Source: Octopus vulgaris (Eukaryota). From it: a stretch of 64,000 nucleotides of DNA. A model generated the notes under the pieces. That model made no database searches, had not been told where the DNA came from, and saw nothing but the letters and a program-made list of their open reading frames with translations. The number at the start of each line of letters is the position of its first letter. The first letter of the stretch is position 1. The DNA is taken from the NCBI GenBank assembly GCA_951406725.2, contig OX597816.1, positions 131,626,001 through 131,690,000 on the forward strand, given 5' to 3'. Positions 26,098-40,904 of this stretch are shown piece after piece. The position numbers and the translations under genes were made by a program.

Positions 26098-26318
26098 CCC
26101 TTTCGTTACCGTATTTATTTTGATATGCTCTTAGTTTCTTTCAATTATTTTAAATATAACAAAGAATTTAGTAAAATAACTTAGTTATCATTAAGCTAGT
26201 GTTAGGAACATAACTTGTGACTAATGTTCGGTGGAAAATTTTAATTCAAAACTTATGAAAACAAAATATTTGTACTACAGAGCCAGAGCCGGTTTCAGCT
26301 GAGTTGGTAATGAAAGGG
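26098..26318 (+). mobile_element. intact piggyBac-type MITE
   Basis: TTAA|CCCTTTCGTTACC ... GGTAATGAAAGGG|TTAA. Confidence 0.93.
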
Positions 26319-27130
26319 TTAAAGAGCATACTTTGCAGAATATACATGTTTATCATAGCACTAGTATAAGAGTTGTCTGGTTCCCAGCAAGACCAAAGGG
26401 TCTTCTCCAACCAATGTTGTCTCCCTTCATTTGTTCACCAGTGTCAGCACCAGTGCCTGAAAGTGGCTTGGTCCCCGGCAGATAGAAAAGAGATTGAAAC
26501 ATCACTGTGTAAAAATGAACAATATCCTGTGTTGGTTGGTGTGGGTAAACAGTATTTACAAACATCATTACTTTTCAAGCAACTAGCTTCTATCACATTC
26601 TTAAATAAGTTTTCCCCCACCCCTCTTTGCTCAGAATTAAAATCTTGTAATAATCAACTTGGCTTTCCATCCCTCTGGAATTCATAAAATGAATACCAGT
26701 GATAAACTAGGTTTAATTATGTTAACTATACTCTTCACTCATTACAAATTTTAACTTTGGTACAAGAACCAAAGTTAGAAATTATTATCATCCTCATCAT
26801 CATTGTTATTTTTATCACAACTATCAACATCATGATCATCATGATCATCATCACCACCACCTTTATATTTCCTCCCTTTAGGTTTGATAAAATAAAGTAC
26901 ATGTCAAGTACTATGGTTAATAGTATTGACTAAGCCTTCTTTTCAAAATTATTGGTCTTATCAGAAAACCCCTCAAAATGCTTTGTGGTATTTTGTCTGT
27001 CTTAACGTTTTGATTTCAAATTTTGCTGAGGTTGACTTTGCTCTTCTAAATAGCCCCTTCCCCAAAATTCACTCCTTACATTTTTAGTAGAAATCATTAT
27101 TATTATTATTATTATCATTATTATTATCAC

Positions 27131-27435
27131 CACGTAAAAGCACCATCCGTTCGTGTCCGTTGCCAGCATCGCCTGGCCCCGTGCCGGTGACACGTAAAAG
27201 CACCATCCGTTCATGGCCGTTCGCCAGCTCTGTCTGGCACCTGTGCAGGTGGCACGTAAAAAACACCCACTACACTTCACGGAGTGGTTGGTGTTAGGAA
27301 GGGCATCCAGCCGTAGAAACACTGCCAGATCTGACTGGGCCTGACGAAGCCTTCCAGCTTCACAGACTCCAGTTGACCCGTCCAACCCATGCTAGCATGG
27401 AAAGCGGACGCTAAACGATGATGATGATGATGATG
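27131..27435 (+). mobile_element. young SINE C with internal tandem subrepeats
   Basis: CACGTAAAAGCACCATCCGTTC twice, AGGAAGGGCATCCAGCCGTAGAAAC, GAT tail. Confidence 0.9.
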
Positions 27436-27449
27436 ATTATTATTATTAT

Positions 27450-27995
27450 TAAGGCAACGAGCTGGCAGAATTATTACCACACTGGGAAAAATGCTTAGTA
27501 GCATTTTGTCCACCTTGATGTTCTGAGTTCAAATTCCGTTGAGGGTGATTTTTCCACTTATCCTTTCAGGGGTGAAACACTGGCGTCTGTAAATTAAGTT
27601 ACTAGTTGATGGTAATCAACTAGTCCTTTCCCTCAAAATTTCAGACCTTATGCTTATGGTAGAAAGGTAAGTCAACCTCAGCAGCATTTGAACTAAGAAT
27701 GTTAAAAAAACAGAAGAAATGCCTACAAGCATTTTGTCTGATGCAGTAATGATACTGCCAGCTTGCCATCCCTTTGATAATCCTCTACCATAGGCAAAAG
27801 GCCAGAGCATTTGGGAGGAGAGGACTAGTTGATTATGTCAACCTGAGTGTTCAACTGGTACATTATTTTATTGATCTGAAAGGAGACAAAGCAAAGTCAA
27901 CCTTGGCAGCATTTGAACTCTGAATGTAAAACCAGGAGAAATACACCTAAGCATTTTGTCCTGTGCAGTAATGATACTGCCAGCTTGCTGCCTTA
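27450..27995. mobile_element. cluster of SINE B copies in opposite orientations
   Basis: Plus copy 27450-27665 abuts minus copies 27665-27770 and 27780-27995. Confidence 0.8.
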
Positions 27996-29761
27996 AACAT
28001 CAAAGTTATTTCACTGAATCCTTCATAAATTTCAAAATTAATTGGAACAAAGAGAGTGTATTTTGAAAGAAATGCAGAAATTCTTGTTGTCATTGTTATC
28101 ATTACCATCATCATCATCATTTAATGCCTGTTTTCCATGCTGGGCTGGGTTGGACAGGTTGATAGGAACTGGCAATCCCAGAAACCAAACCAGGCTCCAT
28201 AGTCTGTTTTGGCTTAATTTTTACAGCTGCATGACCTTAATACTAATCCTTTACTGAGTGTACTGGGTATTTTTTACATGACACCATCACCAGGGCATTT
28301 TACGTGGCACCACCACCAATGCTTTTTACATGGCACCATCACCAATGCCCTTCATGGGCAAGCATTACCAAGGTGATTTTAGAATATCAATTCTGTTGTG
28401 GTGGGCCAGTCATCTTGAATATAACAATGTGCCATATATCTTGGTCCTTTGTCATCCTAAGGCTAAAAGTGAAAAAAAAATGTCACTGGAGTTAGAAATG
28501 GCAGTGCCAAATTAAGTACTTTGTATTTAGTTAAATCCCTTTCTGCTATGAGTCCAACTGTTCTTCTTTCTCCTTAAGATCCCCTCTCCCTATGGAAGCT
28601 GGATCACTGGCAACTTTTCTCTCCTGTTCTTGAGTCGAGGTTGTCCTATCCCAGCTCTTGTTGGTTTTGAATTATCATCAATGCTTCTGTAACATTGTCT
28701 GTTTTGTTTTCTCTCTAGGTTGGAATATTAACCTTAGACAATGCCATGTCAACATCTGGTAAGAGGTAGTCTATATTAGCCTGGCCTTTATCCTTTGATC
28801 AGTCCAGCATAGGGATAAGAAGCTTGCATTCCACTGGTATAGATCTCAGAGTCACTGGGAAACATAAGCTACCACACTATAACAAGGACTGGCTCTTGTG
28901 GTAGGAGTTCAAATTTTACCAAGGTCTAATATACTTTTGGCCCTCCAGATGTGACATTATAAACACCAGTCATAGACTGGAGTCAAATACATCAGTTTCA
29001 ATCCTCAACTGCCAAAATTTACGCCTTTGTGTCTAAGTCGGAAATCATTATTAAAGATTTAATTAGTGTAATTAGTGATATTAGAGTGTGTATATCAATT
29101 ATATATATATATCATGGATAATTATATCATAAATAAAATATTATTTATTGGTTAGTATACACCCACATGTATAGATTAATGCATAGACCTATACTGACAC
29201 ACACAAATTAATGCATTAACATACATACATACAAACACATATACATGCACAAAAGTATGCATACATGCACACACACATACATACAAACATATATACATAC
29301 ATACATATATACATGAATACATAAATACTTAATCATGCATATGTAAATACGTACATACATACTTACATATATACATACACACACATACATACATTCATAC
29401 ATATACATACATGCATACATACATACATACATACATACATACATACATACATACATACATACATACATACATACACAAAAGCATACACATAGGCTTCACA
29501 CACTAATTCTATTGGGTATTGTTCTCAGGAGACAGTGAGAAAAATGTTTCAGAAATATTTGGTGAGCGTGTGTAAGCGTCAATGTAAGTGTATGTGTATC
29601 CTTATGTACTTACATATGTATGTGTGCACCTATTTTGTGTGCACATGTTAGTATGTGTTTAAGTATCTGCATGTGTATGTATGCACCTATTCTGTGTTGG
29701 GACGTATGTGTATGTGTTTGTGAGCATGTATGTGTGTGTGTGTGTGTGTGTGTGCATGTAT

Positions 29762-29972
29762 TTTCTTTTATTTCTTTTACTTGTTTCAGTCATTTGACTG
29801 TGCCCATGCTGGGGCACTACCATTAGTCAAACAAATCGACCCCAGGTCTTATTCTTTGTAAGCCCAGTACTTACTCTGTCAGTCTCTTCTGCAGAACAGC
29901 TAAGTTACAAGTATGTAAACATGCCAACATCGGTTATCAAGTGATGGTGGGGGAACTAACACAGACAGACAA

Positions 29973-30032
<60 letters not shown>

Positions 30033-30322
30033 CATGTGATCACGAGACCGACCAGACCATCAGATGTTGTTACACATCGCTGGTCACAATGCTTTCGCAT
30101 TGTTTTAGCCTTCGAATGACGCCACCCCGCTGGCTAAGCGAGCAGGCCATATATATACATGAAAGGCTTCTTTCAGTTTCCATCCCAAGGCTTTGGTCAG
30201 CCCAAGGATATAGTAGAAGACACTTGTCTAAGGTGCCACACAGTGGAACTGAACCCGGAACCATGTGGTTAGGAAGCAAGCTTCTTACCACACAGCCACA
30301 CCACCACCTAAGCCACTCCTGC
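29762..30322 (-). mobile_element. SINE A with a different repeat fragment (about 30032-30148) inserted in its internal TA tract
   Basis: The two halves of SINE A flank the insert. Confidence 0.8.
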
Positions 30323-30636
30323 TTATGTATTTGCATGGCTGTGTGTGCAACTATTTTGTGTCTGTGTGTATATGTGCTTATACTTTGCATGTATGTGTGC
30401 ATCTATTTCGCATCTTGTGTGTCTAATGAGCTCACTTGTTTGCATGGGTATAGGTGCACCTACTTTGCATCTGTTTTGTGCCTGTGTATATGTGTCTTTG
30501 TGCGTACAGGTATGTGAGTAGATACATTAAGTTATGAGTGTGTATACATGTCTCAGTGTGTTTGCATACATATTCATTTCCCTACTTTGTTTGAGTTTGT
30601 ATGGTTGTAATTATGCATTTATACACACACACATGT

Positions 30637-30685
<49 letters not shown>

Positions 30686-30701
30686 TACATACATATATAT
30701 G

Positions 30702-30732
<31 letters not shown>

Positions 30733-31253
30733 ATATCCTCATATATATATGCACATACACAGACGTATATATGTGTATATATATATATATATATATTATA
30801 TTGCAGGCATAGTTATATCTTAATATATGGCCTGTCTAAAAGTGAAATTGTTAAATAATACACTTCACTTAAATACCCATAGACACACACAGACAGACAA
30901 ACACACAGACACACACACACACATACACACACAAACACACACACGTGTACACATGAAAGCTGGGTTGGGGAAGAGAGGAAGGTTATGGGTGGAGTGGTGG
31001 ATGGTGAGAATGACTGAACCTTAGCTAATGGCCTGCAGAGAAATTCTAGTAAAAAACTGATGTCAACAGTTGTGATAACCAGACTTAATCTAATGCTTTA
31101 ATCTCTGCCTTTAAGCCATATATTTTATGCTATTACAAATATTTAATTTTGTTTTTTTGTTTTGTTTTTTTTTGTCACTGTAGCCATTATTAGTGCAGTT
31201 ACTTGTCTTTTGTACTGTACTCATTGTCTCTGAGTCTAAGTGGCTAATAAAGA

Positions 31254-31293
<40 letters not shown>

Positions 31294-31610
31294 GGAATGA
31301 TAGCAAAAGGGGCTGATTCCTACCTAGCTCAGATACCAGGAAACCCCAAAATGGCTGAAATTCAAAAGCTAGTGTTCATAGGAACTGCCCATATCCTACG
31401 TAAAATACTGTCCATGTAATCTCAAATTTTAAAACAAACTCGTAATTCTCTTATGTGTTCTTAAACATTCTCTAGAACAAATACTATGTTCAAAATCAAA
31501 TATATGACACCCTAGGCATAACATCACCATCAACTTCTAACTTGTTGTTTCTTGAGGTCTCTGGGTGAGACTTGGAGTCAACTTGTACAAATACAAAGCA
31601 AAAGACAAAC

Positions 31611-31612
<2 letters not shown>
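31294..31612 (+). pseudogene. 5'-truncated R4/Dong-clade LINE 3' end (second lineage)
   Basis: GMIAKGADSYLAQIPGNPKMAEIQKLVFIGTAHILRKILSM* (stop 31417-31419) aligns with the C-terminus of the 21546 copy; (TAA)n on both sides. Confidence 0.88.
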
Positions 31613-31664
<52 letters not shown>

Positions 31665-32869
31665 CAACAAGAATAAGAATAAGAATAATGATAATAATGA
31701 TCATAATAATAGTAGTAGTAGTAGTAGTAGTAGTAACAATCCTTTATGCTATAGGCACAAGGCTTGAAATTTGAGGGAAGGGGGGTTAAGTCGATTAAAT
31801 CGACCCCAGTACTCAACAGGTACATATTTTTATTGACCCTGAAAGGATGAAAGGCAAAGTTGACCTTGGAATTTGAAATAGTAATAATAACCATAAACCT
31901 TTCTACTAAAGGCATAAGGCCTGAAATAATGGGGTGGAGGGTAGTCAATTATATTGACCCCAGTACATAACTGATACTTATTTCATCAACCCGAAAGGAT
32001 GAAAGACAAAGTTGACCTTAGCGGAATTTGAACTCAGGATGTAAAAATGGACAAGTTGAGTAATGGGGTCGATGTAATCAATTATACCCCTCCACCACCA
32101 CCACCACCATCATAATCATCATCATCATCGTTAACATCCGCCTTCCATGCTGGCATGGGTTGGATTGTTTGACTGAGGGATGGCAAGCCAGAAGGCTGTA
32201 CCATGCTCCAATCTGATCTGGCAAGGTTTTAAGTGCTGGATGCCCTTCCTAATGCCAACCATTCCGAGAGTGTAGTGGGTGCTTTTTATGTGCCACCCAC
32301 ATGGGGGCCACTCAAGCAGTACTGGCATCAACCATGTTTGAATGGTGCTTTTTACATGTCATCAGCACGGTAATATTTCTCTATGGTCAGGTATGTTTCC
32401 ATGGAAGATTAGGAATGAAAAACTCTGGTTTTAGAATAGTGATGCACTGTTTCAAGAGGAAGTGATACAAACATACACTTATATTTATGCATGCACACAC
32501 ATACACACACATGAACCCCACTCCCACAAATACAGGTATTCTTTTTATTCTTTTATTCTTGTTTCATTCATTTGACTGTGGCCATGCTGGAGCACTGCCT
32601 CGAAGAGTTTTTTAGTCAGACAAATCAACCCCAGGACTTATTTTTTCTTTTTTTAAAGCCTAGTACCTATTCTATTGGTCTTTTTTGCCAAATTGCTAAG
32701 TTACAGGGATGTAAACACACCAACATCAGTTGTCAAGCAGTGATGGAGAGGGGGGGGGAGACAAGTACAGACACAAAGACACACACACATGTATATATAT
32801 ACATATACATATACAACGGGCTTCTTTCAGTTTTCATGCACCACATCCACTCATGAGGCTTTAGATCCT

Positions 32870-32982
32870 TTTCTTCTTCTTCTTCTTCTTCTTCTTCTTC
32901 TTCTTCTTCTTCTTCTTCTCCTCCTCCTCCTCCTCCTCCTCCTCCTCCTCCTCCTCCTTCTTCTTCTTCTTCTTCTTCTTCT

Positions 32983-33005
<23 letters not shown>
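32870..33005. repeat. compound (CTT)n(CCT)n(CTT)n microsatellite
   Basis: Direct reading. Confidence 0.97.
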
Positions 33006-33013
<8 letters not shown>

Positions 33014-34823
33014 TTCCACAGTTCTTTAAAATCTCCTAACATCAAATAGTTGTAGGCCAGTAGCATTTTATTTGACTTCTGTTTCTTTTCCTTTTCTGGA
33101 ATTGGGTTCTTTTGTCTGCTTGTTTTGTTGTGTTTACCTGTTTCTAGCAAGAGTTTAAGAATGGATTTCACTAATTCAGATAGATTAAAAGGGATGAATT
33201 GTAGAGGCAATAAAAAATATATTTTTTTTGAGTGCTGTTCTACTTTGTTTTTGCACTAACAGAATACTCTCTACGAATGACAAGTCAAACTTGTATAGAA
33301 GCAAAAAATTGAACATGTTCCATCTTAAGTAATGTAATAAAGTGCTCAACTTAATTACATGACTTGTATATTGTAATACAAAGCTGTGAATTCATTTATT
33401 TATATACTAATTATTCAAATTCTACATCTACTTCTCCAGCTACCATCAGTGGCAATAGCTTTCCTTGGAGTTTTTATTATCTTTCAAATTATTGCCAAAT
33501 ACCTTTTTTTTTTACTGCTAACCCACTCAACAATAACATTAAGAGAGGATAGTGGTTTATTCCGGTGCTTCTCGAACATTTTCAGAAAAAAGATTGTCCC
33601 CTTTCTTTTACTAACACACTCTAAACTCCTGCCCCAATTGCACATCAGCAAAATTAAATGTGCAACTAAAAACTGTTGTCAAAAGGTTGATTATCATTAA
33701 AAGATTACTTGTACATCATCATCATCATCATCGTCGACATCATCATCATCATCATCATCATCATCAACATTTAACGTTCATTTTCCGTGCTGGCATTGAT
33801 TAGACAGTTTGACAGGAACTGACAAGGTCAAGGGCCACACCAGGATTCCATAGTCTGTTTTAGTTTGGTTATTACAGCTGGATGCCCTTTCTAACACCAA
33901 CCACTTTACAGAGTGTACTGGGTGCTTTTTACATGGCACCATCACCAGTGCTTTTAATGTAGCACCAGTATCAATGCTTTATATGTGGCACCAGCACCCA
34001 GACCAATGCTTTTTATGTACCTTGGTTTTAAGATCTCAATTCTGTTGTGGTGGGTGAGTTTTATACATTTTATCAATATAAAATGCAATATTAAAACAAC
34101 ATTTGTACGTAAGATAAGAATTGAAATAGTTTTGAAAATTAGGGCAATTAAAAGACGTGCCTGTTACTGCACCAACCACCCCTTTTTCCTCAGTACTTAT
34201 ATAAAATTGTCCACTACTCCCTACACAAAGGTTGGTTACCATCCAGTTTGGAAAGCACTTATTTGTTCTAAAACATGCTAATGTTTCACATCTACTCATT
34301 CAAAGCATTGTATATTTACTTAGTGATTGTATCATCAATACTTCAGTAAGTATGGGAAACTCTTTGTTGCTGAAGAGACCTAACAAGACCAAAACATTCT
34401 CAGAGTTGTCCCTTGTACTTGCCCCTATTTAAGTCATTGAGCTAATGTCTTTTCTTCATTATGATTATATAAAAAAGGAAGAGTGAGGAACAAATCTGAA
34501 CCCAACGATACACCAGAGTTGATTGAGAGTGAAGCTACTGATTCAGAATATGATAGATGGATTACGCTAGTAGGCAAGATGCGTTCATAGAATTTTTGAA
34601 TTTCTTTTGGATAAACTTCAATGGTGTGGGAAAGGGAGTTCTGCACTCATTGACTAGTATTCATAAATCAATCTTACCCAGGCTTGCTTGCAGATATTTG
34701 TGTAGATGCATCACTAGCATTGACTGATTATATTTAATCTTTCTATAAGATGTAATTTTTCTAAATGGTTATAATTTAATATTTCATTATTGAATTGATA
34801 AAAGGTGTTTTTTTCTAATTTAA

Positions 34824-34915
<92 letters not shown>

Positions 34916-35113
34916 TTGCTGAAATTTGATTTAGTATTTCTAAACTGAATTTTTCCCTGTAAGTTCCCTCATATTATATATATAGTCAGTTAGAGGATGT
35001 TAGATCCACATTAGGGATTATATAATCCAAAATATCTCACCAGTTAATCACTATCATGTAAGGAGAAAGTCTTGACGATATGTTGGGGATTATTGTAGAA
35101 ATACATATAATTA

Positions 35114-35255
35114 ATATTCAAAGAAAGAAAATGGAGAAAAATGGATATATGAATAATTTATTTGTATGATATAAAGATGTTGACATTTTTAATAATAACA
35201 ATACAAATAAATTATTCATACATCCATTTTTTCTCCATTTTCTTTCTTTCAATAT
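35114..35255. repeat. near-perfect inverted repeat (about 49-bp arms, 33-bp loop)
   Basis: 35120-35167 versus 35201-35249. Confidence 0.9.
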
Positions 35256-35442
35256 ATATATATATCATATCATATATATTAAAAAATATATAGAAGTATA
35301 AACAAATGGAACAAATGGAATACACGCACACAGACTGTCACTAAATTCTTTTCAGTTATCATCCAAAGGATCACAGCAATTTTACACACACACACACATG
35401 ATAGAGAGAGATAGAGATAGATAGATTGAGAGAGAGAGAGAG

Positions 35443-35484
<42 letters not shown>

Positions 35485-36000
35485 TGAGAGAGAGAAAATA
35501 GAAAAGAAAGAGAACACATTACAACTTATTTAATAATTAGAATTTTCAGAACTCAGGCATTACGTGATGAACAATAGAATAGAATTAAACATTTTAGAAA
35601 AAAAAAAATTACACAATAGAAATAAATATGGAAATACTCATTCAGTATTAGGATAGAGTCTATTTCTGTAGATTCAATTTTTTTATTATTTTGTGACCTA
35701 ATTCATTATCTAGCTTCACTAACAGAAACAGCAGCAAATACGTTTGTCACCTTGCAGCAGGTACAATGCAACCTGTAATTGGCTACCATTTCAAATGAAT
35801 AAAGAACATCAGGTGAACTAAGGACCTGTTAATCTCTTTGTTGAAATAAAATGAAAAAAAAAAAAATACCTCCAGATAACTCAGGTGTGTTGTGAAGAAA
35901 TTAAATTATTTATTGAATATAACACATGCTGACCTGTTTAATGCGAAATATATGATTACAAAGTGCTCAACAAATAGTTAACAAGCTAAAATATTTAGAT

Positions 36001-36053
<53 letters not shown>

Positions 36054-36235
36054 TTTCTCAGCAGTAACCAAGATAGGAGGGTCAACTTACATTATGTTCT
36101 TTTTCTCTGAAAAATCATAAGTGTTAAATTTTACTCTTTATTCACCTGAAGAAAATAGATTCTTTTGTATCAATAAGGAACATGTCTAAAACAGCTGTAG
36201 TGAACCTCAACCCATCTGTGTTACTGTGTGTGTGT

Positions 36236-36552
36236 ATCATCATCATCGTTTAACATCCGTTTTCCATACTGGCATGGTTTGGATGGTTTGACTGAGGTCT
36301 GGAGAGCCAGCGGCTGCACCAGGCTCCAATCTGATCCGGCAATGTTTCTACAGCTGGATGCCCTTCCTAATACCAATCACTCCGAGAGTGTAGTGGGTGC
36401 TTTTTATGTGCCACCAGCACTGGAGCCAGTCAGGCAGACCTGGCATTGATCACCTTCAGATAGTGCTGTTATATACCACCAGTATGGGGGCCAGTCAGGG
36501 GGTACTAGCATCGGCCATGTTCGGATGGTGCTTTTTATGTGCCACTGGTACT
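36236..36552 (-). mobile_element. SINE C
   Basis: Matches 4130-4447. Confidence 0.88.
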
Positions 36553-36639
36553 CCCACTCACCAAGACTTTGGTTTTTGCTACGTTGACCCTAAGGCCCTT
36601 CTATTATGTACACACACACAGATATATATATATATATAT

Positions 36640-37770
36640 TAGGGGCATACGGTGGTCTTTCTGGCTGGGGAAGCAATGATCAAAATTTTCTGTCACATAG
36701 ACATGTTCATATTATATAGCTATTTTTAAAATTAAAAAAAAAATCACAATTAAAACTTATGTACTTTATTTAAATGTTAATTCAATCCTTCTCTCTTTCT
36801 TGTTGAAATTGTTGATAACATCATTGTAGAAGTTATCATTCTTAATGCTTTTTAAAATGGCTTCTTCTATGCCAATTAGAGCTAAACTGCTCAACCTTTC
36901 TTGTCTCTGCAAATTTCTTGTATAATTATGAATTCTCCTTAGGTATGAAAAGGAGTGCTTCACTGTAGCACTTGTTGCTGGTAGTATTAATATTAATTTC
37001 AAAGCTTTGTTGACAGAGGTAAAGAATACACACACCACCCACTTTTGGCGTAACAAAAACTCTAACCCTAAACACCAGGTGTACATATTCCTTACTTTCG
37101 CTGCTTCTTTAACGTGGAACAAAGCTTCATCTAATCCACTACTATGGAGTATGTAAAGTAAATCTTGAACGGATTTTCCTTTTGGTTCAGCCTCTGTACA
37201 AGGCAGTAAGTTTGCTTCTTAACTTTTGGCTGTCAAAATGGCCTCCATAAGAATGTTTAAAGCAAGTTGGAGATGTTTCCTAGACATCGTTATTTTGTTT
37301 CATTGGATTGAGAAGTGCTAAAAAATGTAGTTCATTTAAATTTTGAAATTGTATCTCAATTTGCTCGCAAATTGAATCTATAATTTTGTAGAACAGCTGT
37401 CTGTATCTTTCTTCTTCTGTTTCAAACACATTTTGTCTTTTCTTCATTTGAGGATAAATGCCATCAATTTTAGCTCAAAATTTAGAAAATACATGCTTTT
37501 TTTTTTCAAAACTTTCACAATTTCATTTACTTTATGAATACAGTAGGATAAGTCAAATGTTTTTTTCTGGAAGATGTCAAATGCTGCATTTGTGTAAATA
37601 AAAATATCTCCAAACACATTTAACAAAAAATTGAATTCACAATTTTGTAAATTAGAATACAATGCCTGGGTGTAGGTATTGCTTTCCGTGTCCCATTTAC
37701 TTAAATTATCAATGATGTTTAGGAATAAATCAGCAAGTTGCTCATGATATTCATGAACTGTTTCGACCAA
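36640..37770 (-). pseudogene. 3' half of a hAT-superfamily transposase gene (ZMYM1-like), frameshifted
   Basis: LILILPATSATVKHSFSYLRRIHNYTRNLQRQERLSSLALIGIE matches the hAT C-terminal dimerisation motif (PxTSAxxERSFSxLxRI...QERLxxLA). Upstream FNFLLNVFGDIF..FDIFQKKTFD segment. Possible TIR at 36640 (TAGGGGCATACGG). Confidence 0.88.
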
Positions 37771-37780
37771 TGAATGATTC

Positions 37781-38169
37781 CGTCCCGGATTTCTTGGAAT
37801 TTGTTTTTTTCATTGAATGAATTCTTGTGACATCCTAATATTCTACAAAATCCTTTTTGGGGTCTGAAAAATGGAGTGGGGTGAGGTGGAAGCCTCAGAA
37901 ATTTCATCCACCCCCATCCCCATTGATTTTTTCAGGGTTAGGGGTATTAGGGTTAGTGTTAGGGAAATCTGTCCTGGATTCATTGGAAATTTCTTTTTTT
38001 TCCTTAGTGAAAAATCGTGCTGGAGAAAAGATCAATGAAGGTGAAATTTCCAAGGCTTCCACCTCACCTCACTCCATTTACCAGCCCCCAAAAGGGGTTT
38101 TGTAGCATATTAGGATGTCACAGGAATTCATTCAATGAAAAAAAAAATTTTCCAATGATTTCAGGACAG
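37781..38169. mobile_element. foldback/MITE-like element: about 128-bp inverted arms around a TTAGGG-containing spacer
   Basis: 37781-37908 versus 38040-38169 reverse complement; spacer contains GGGTTAGGGGTATTAGGGTTAGTGTTAGGG. Confidence 0.75.
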
Positions 38170-38682
38170 GGGGAACCTGCCCCCCTTCTGAACCAAAATA
38201 AGGGATTTGCAGCATATTATGAGGTCAGGGTACTTGATTCCACACAAAAAATCTGAGTTTTTTTTTTCTTAGTGAAAATCATGCGGGTGTTACTCTGAAA
38301 ATTTACCTAAAATATTAGTTGAATAAACGCAGAAGACTACATGCATGTTTTCTTTTCACCATTTTTCTGATGGAAGCAGAATGTCAACTTGCTTCTCTTT
38401 TCTTATGGGTTACATAAGATCATAAGATTATATATATCATAGGTATTACGAATGGGTAAAAACTTAATCTCAGTGTATAAGTATTTATTAGCATCTAAAA
38501 CTATTTGTTATCAGCTCTTACTAGAAAAAATTAACTTTTTAACCACACAGCCATGCCTGCACCTATTTTATATATGTTTTGCATGTATAGGATGTGACTG
38601 TTAAATGGTGATAAATATCATAAATCTGTCTATTTCTCTGTCTGTCTGTGTGACTATATATCTGTGTGTCTATCTACTTGTG

Positions 38683-38731
<49 letters not shown>

Positions 38732-39109
38732 GTCTATCTATACACACATGTATCCTCCTCCTCCTCCTCCGCCTCATCATCATCCTCATCATCATCATCA
38801 TCATTCAACCTCTGTTTTCCGTATTGGCATGGGTTGCGGGGTTTGACAGGAACTGGCAAGTCTGAAGACTGTGCATGTATATGTGTATATTTTATCCTTT
38901 TATCTTTTGTCTTCTATCTTAAATCTTTTATTTGTTTCAGTCATTTGTTTGCAATTTTCCATGAAAACATGTCTGGCCATTGAGCTATTTATGTTCTGTG
39001 GGAAATATAACCTTACTCTTGACAACAAGAAGGCCATGCAGCCATAGAGAAAATCTATCTGACTTAATGAATTTCATCTGATCCATGCAAGTATAGAAAA
39101 GCTGATGTT

Positions 39110-40375
<1,266 letters not shown>

Positions 40376-40904
40376 ATCAAAAGATTTATTACATATGTAA
40401 TATAAATACTTCCCAACGCCCTGAAGGACATTTAAGGACCCATGCTTAGCTTCTGGTTTCATGGTATTAAACACCTTGTCTTTAGAGCTAGAGTAGGAAC
40501 TTCTGTATAGTTATGTAACCTACTTAATGTAACAGCCAAATTTGATGTCAAATAGGAAGCTAAAAATAGCAACCAAATTCCCTCAAATCACACCACACCA
40601 TACCACCTTAATAAAACAGGGAAGAATATGTTAGATAGTGTAGTCATTGATATACAAATAAATGGGATGGTCAAGGTTAGAATTCCTTTAATCATGGATA
40701 GGTCTGCTTTACCACAAAAGCAGTCAGCAAATTTAACACTATACGTTTCGTATCATACTCTTCAACAGAACTTAATCTTTATAACTGTCGCTTACCTCCC
40801 TTCTATTATTTTCCCTACTATGTTTTGCGCCTCCCTCCCTCAGACAGGCTTGCAAACCTTCAACCCCCCACCCCTTCTAGTTTCTCTGCCCTTACTCACT
40901 TCTT

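Noticed and set aside
32789-33210. Poly-Leu and poly-Arg ORFs
   Set aside because: The homopolymer runs come from the CTT/CCT microsatellite.
37935-37965. Telomere
   Set aside because: Only a few degenerate TTAGGG units inside an inverted-repeat element.
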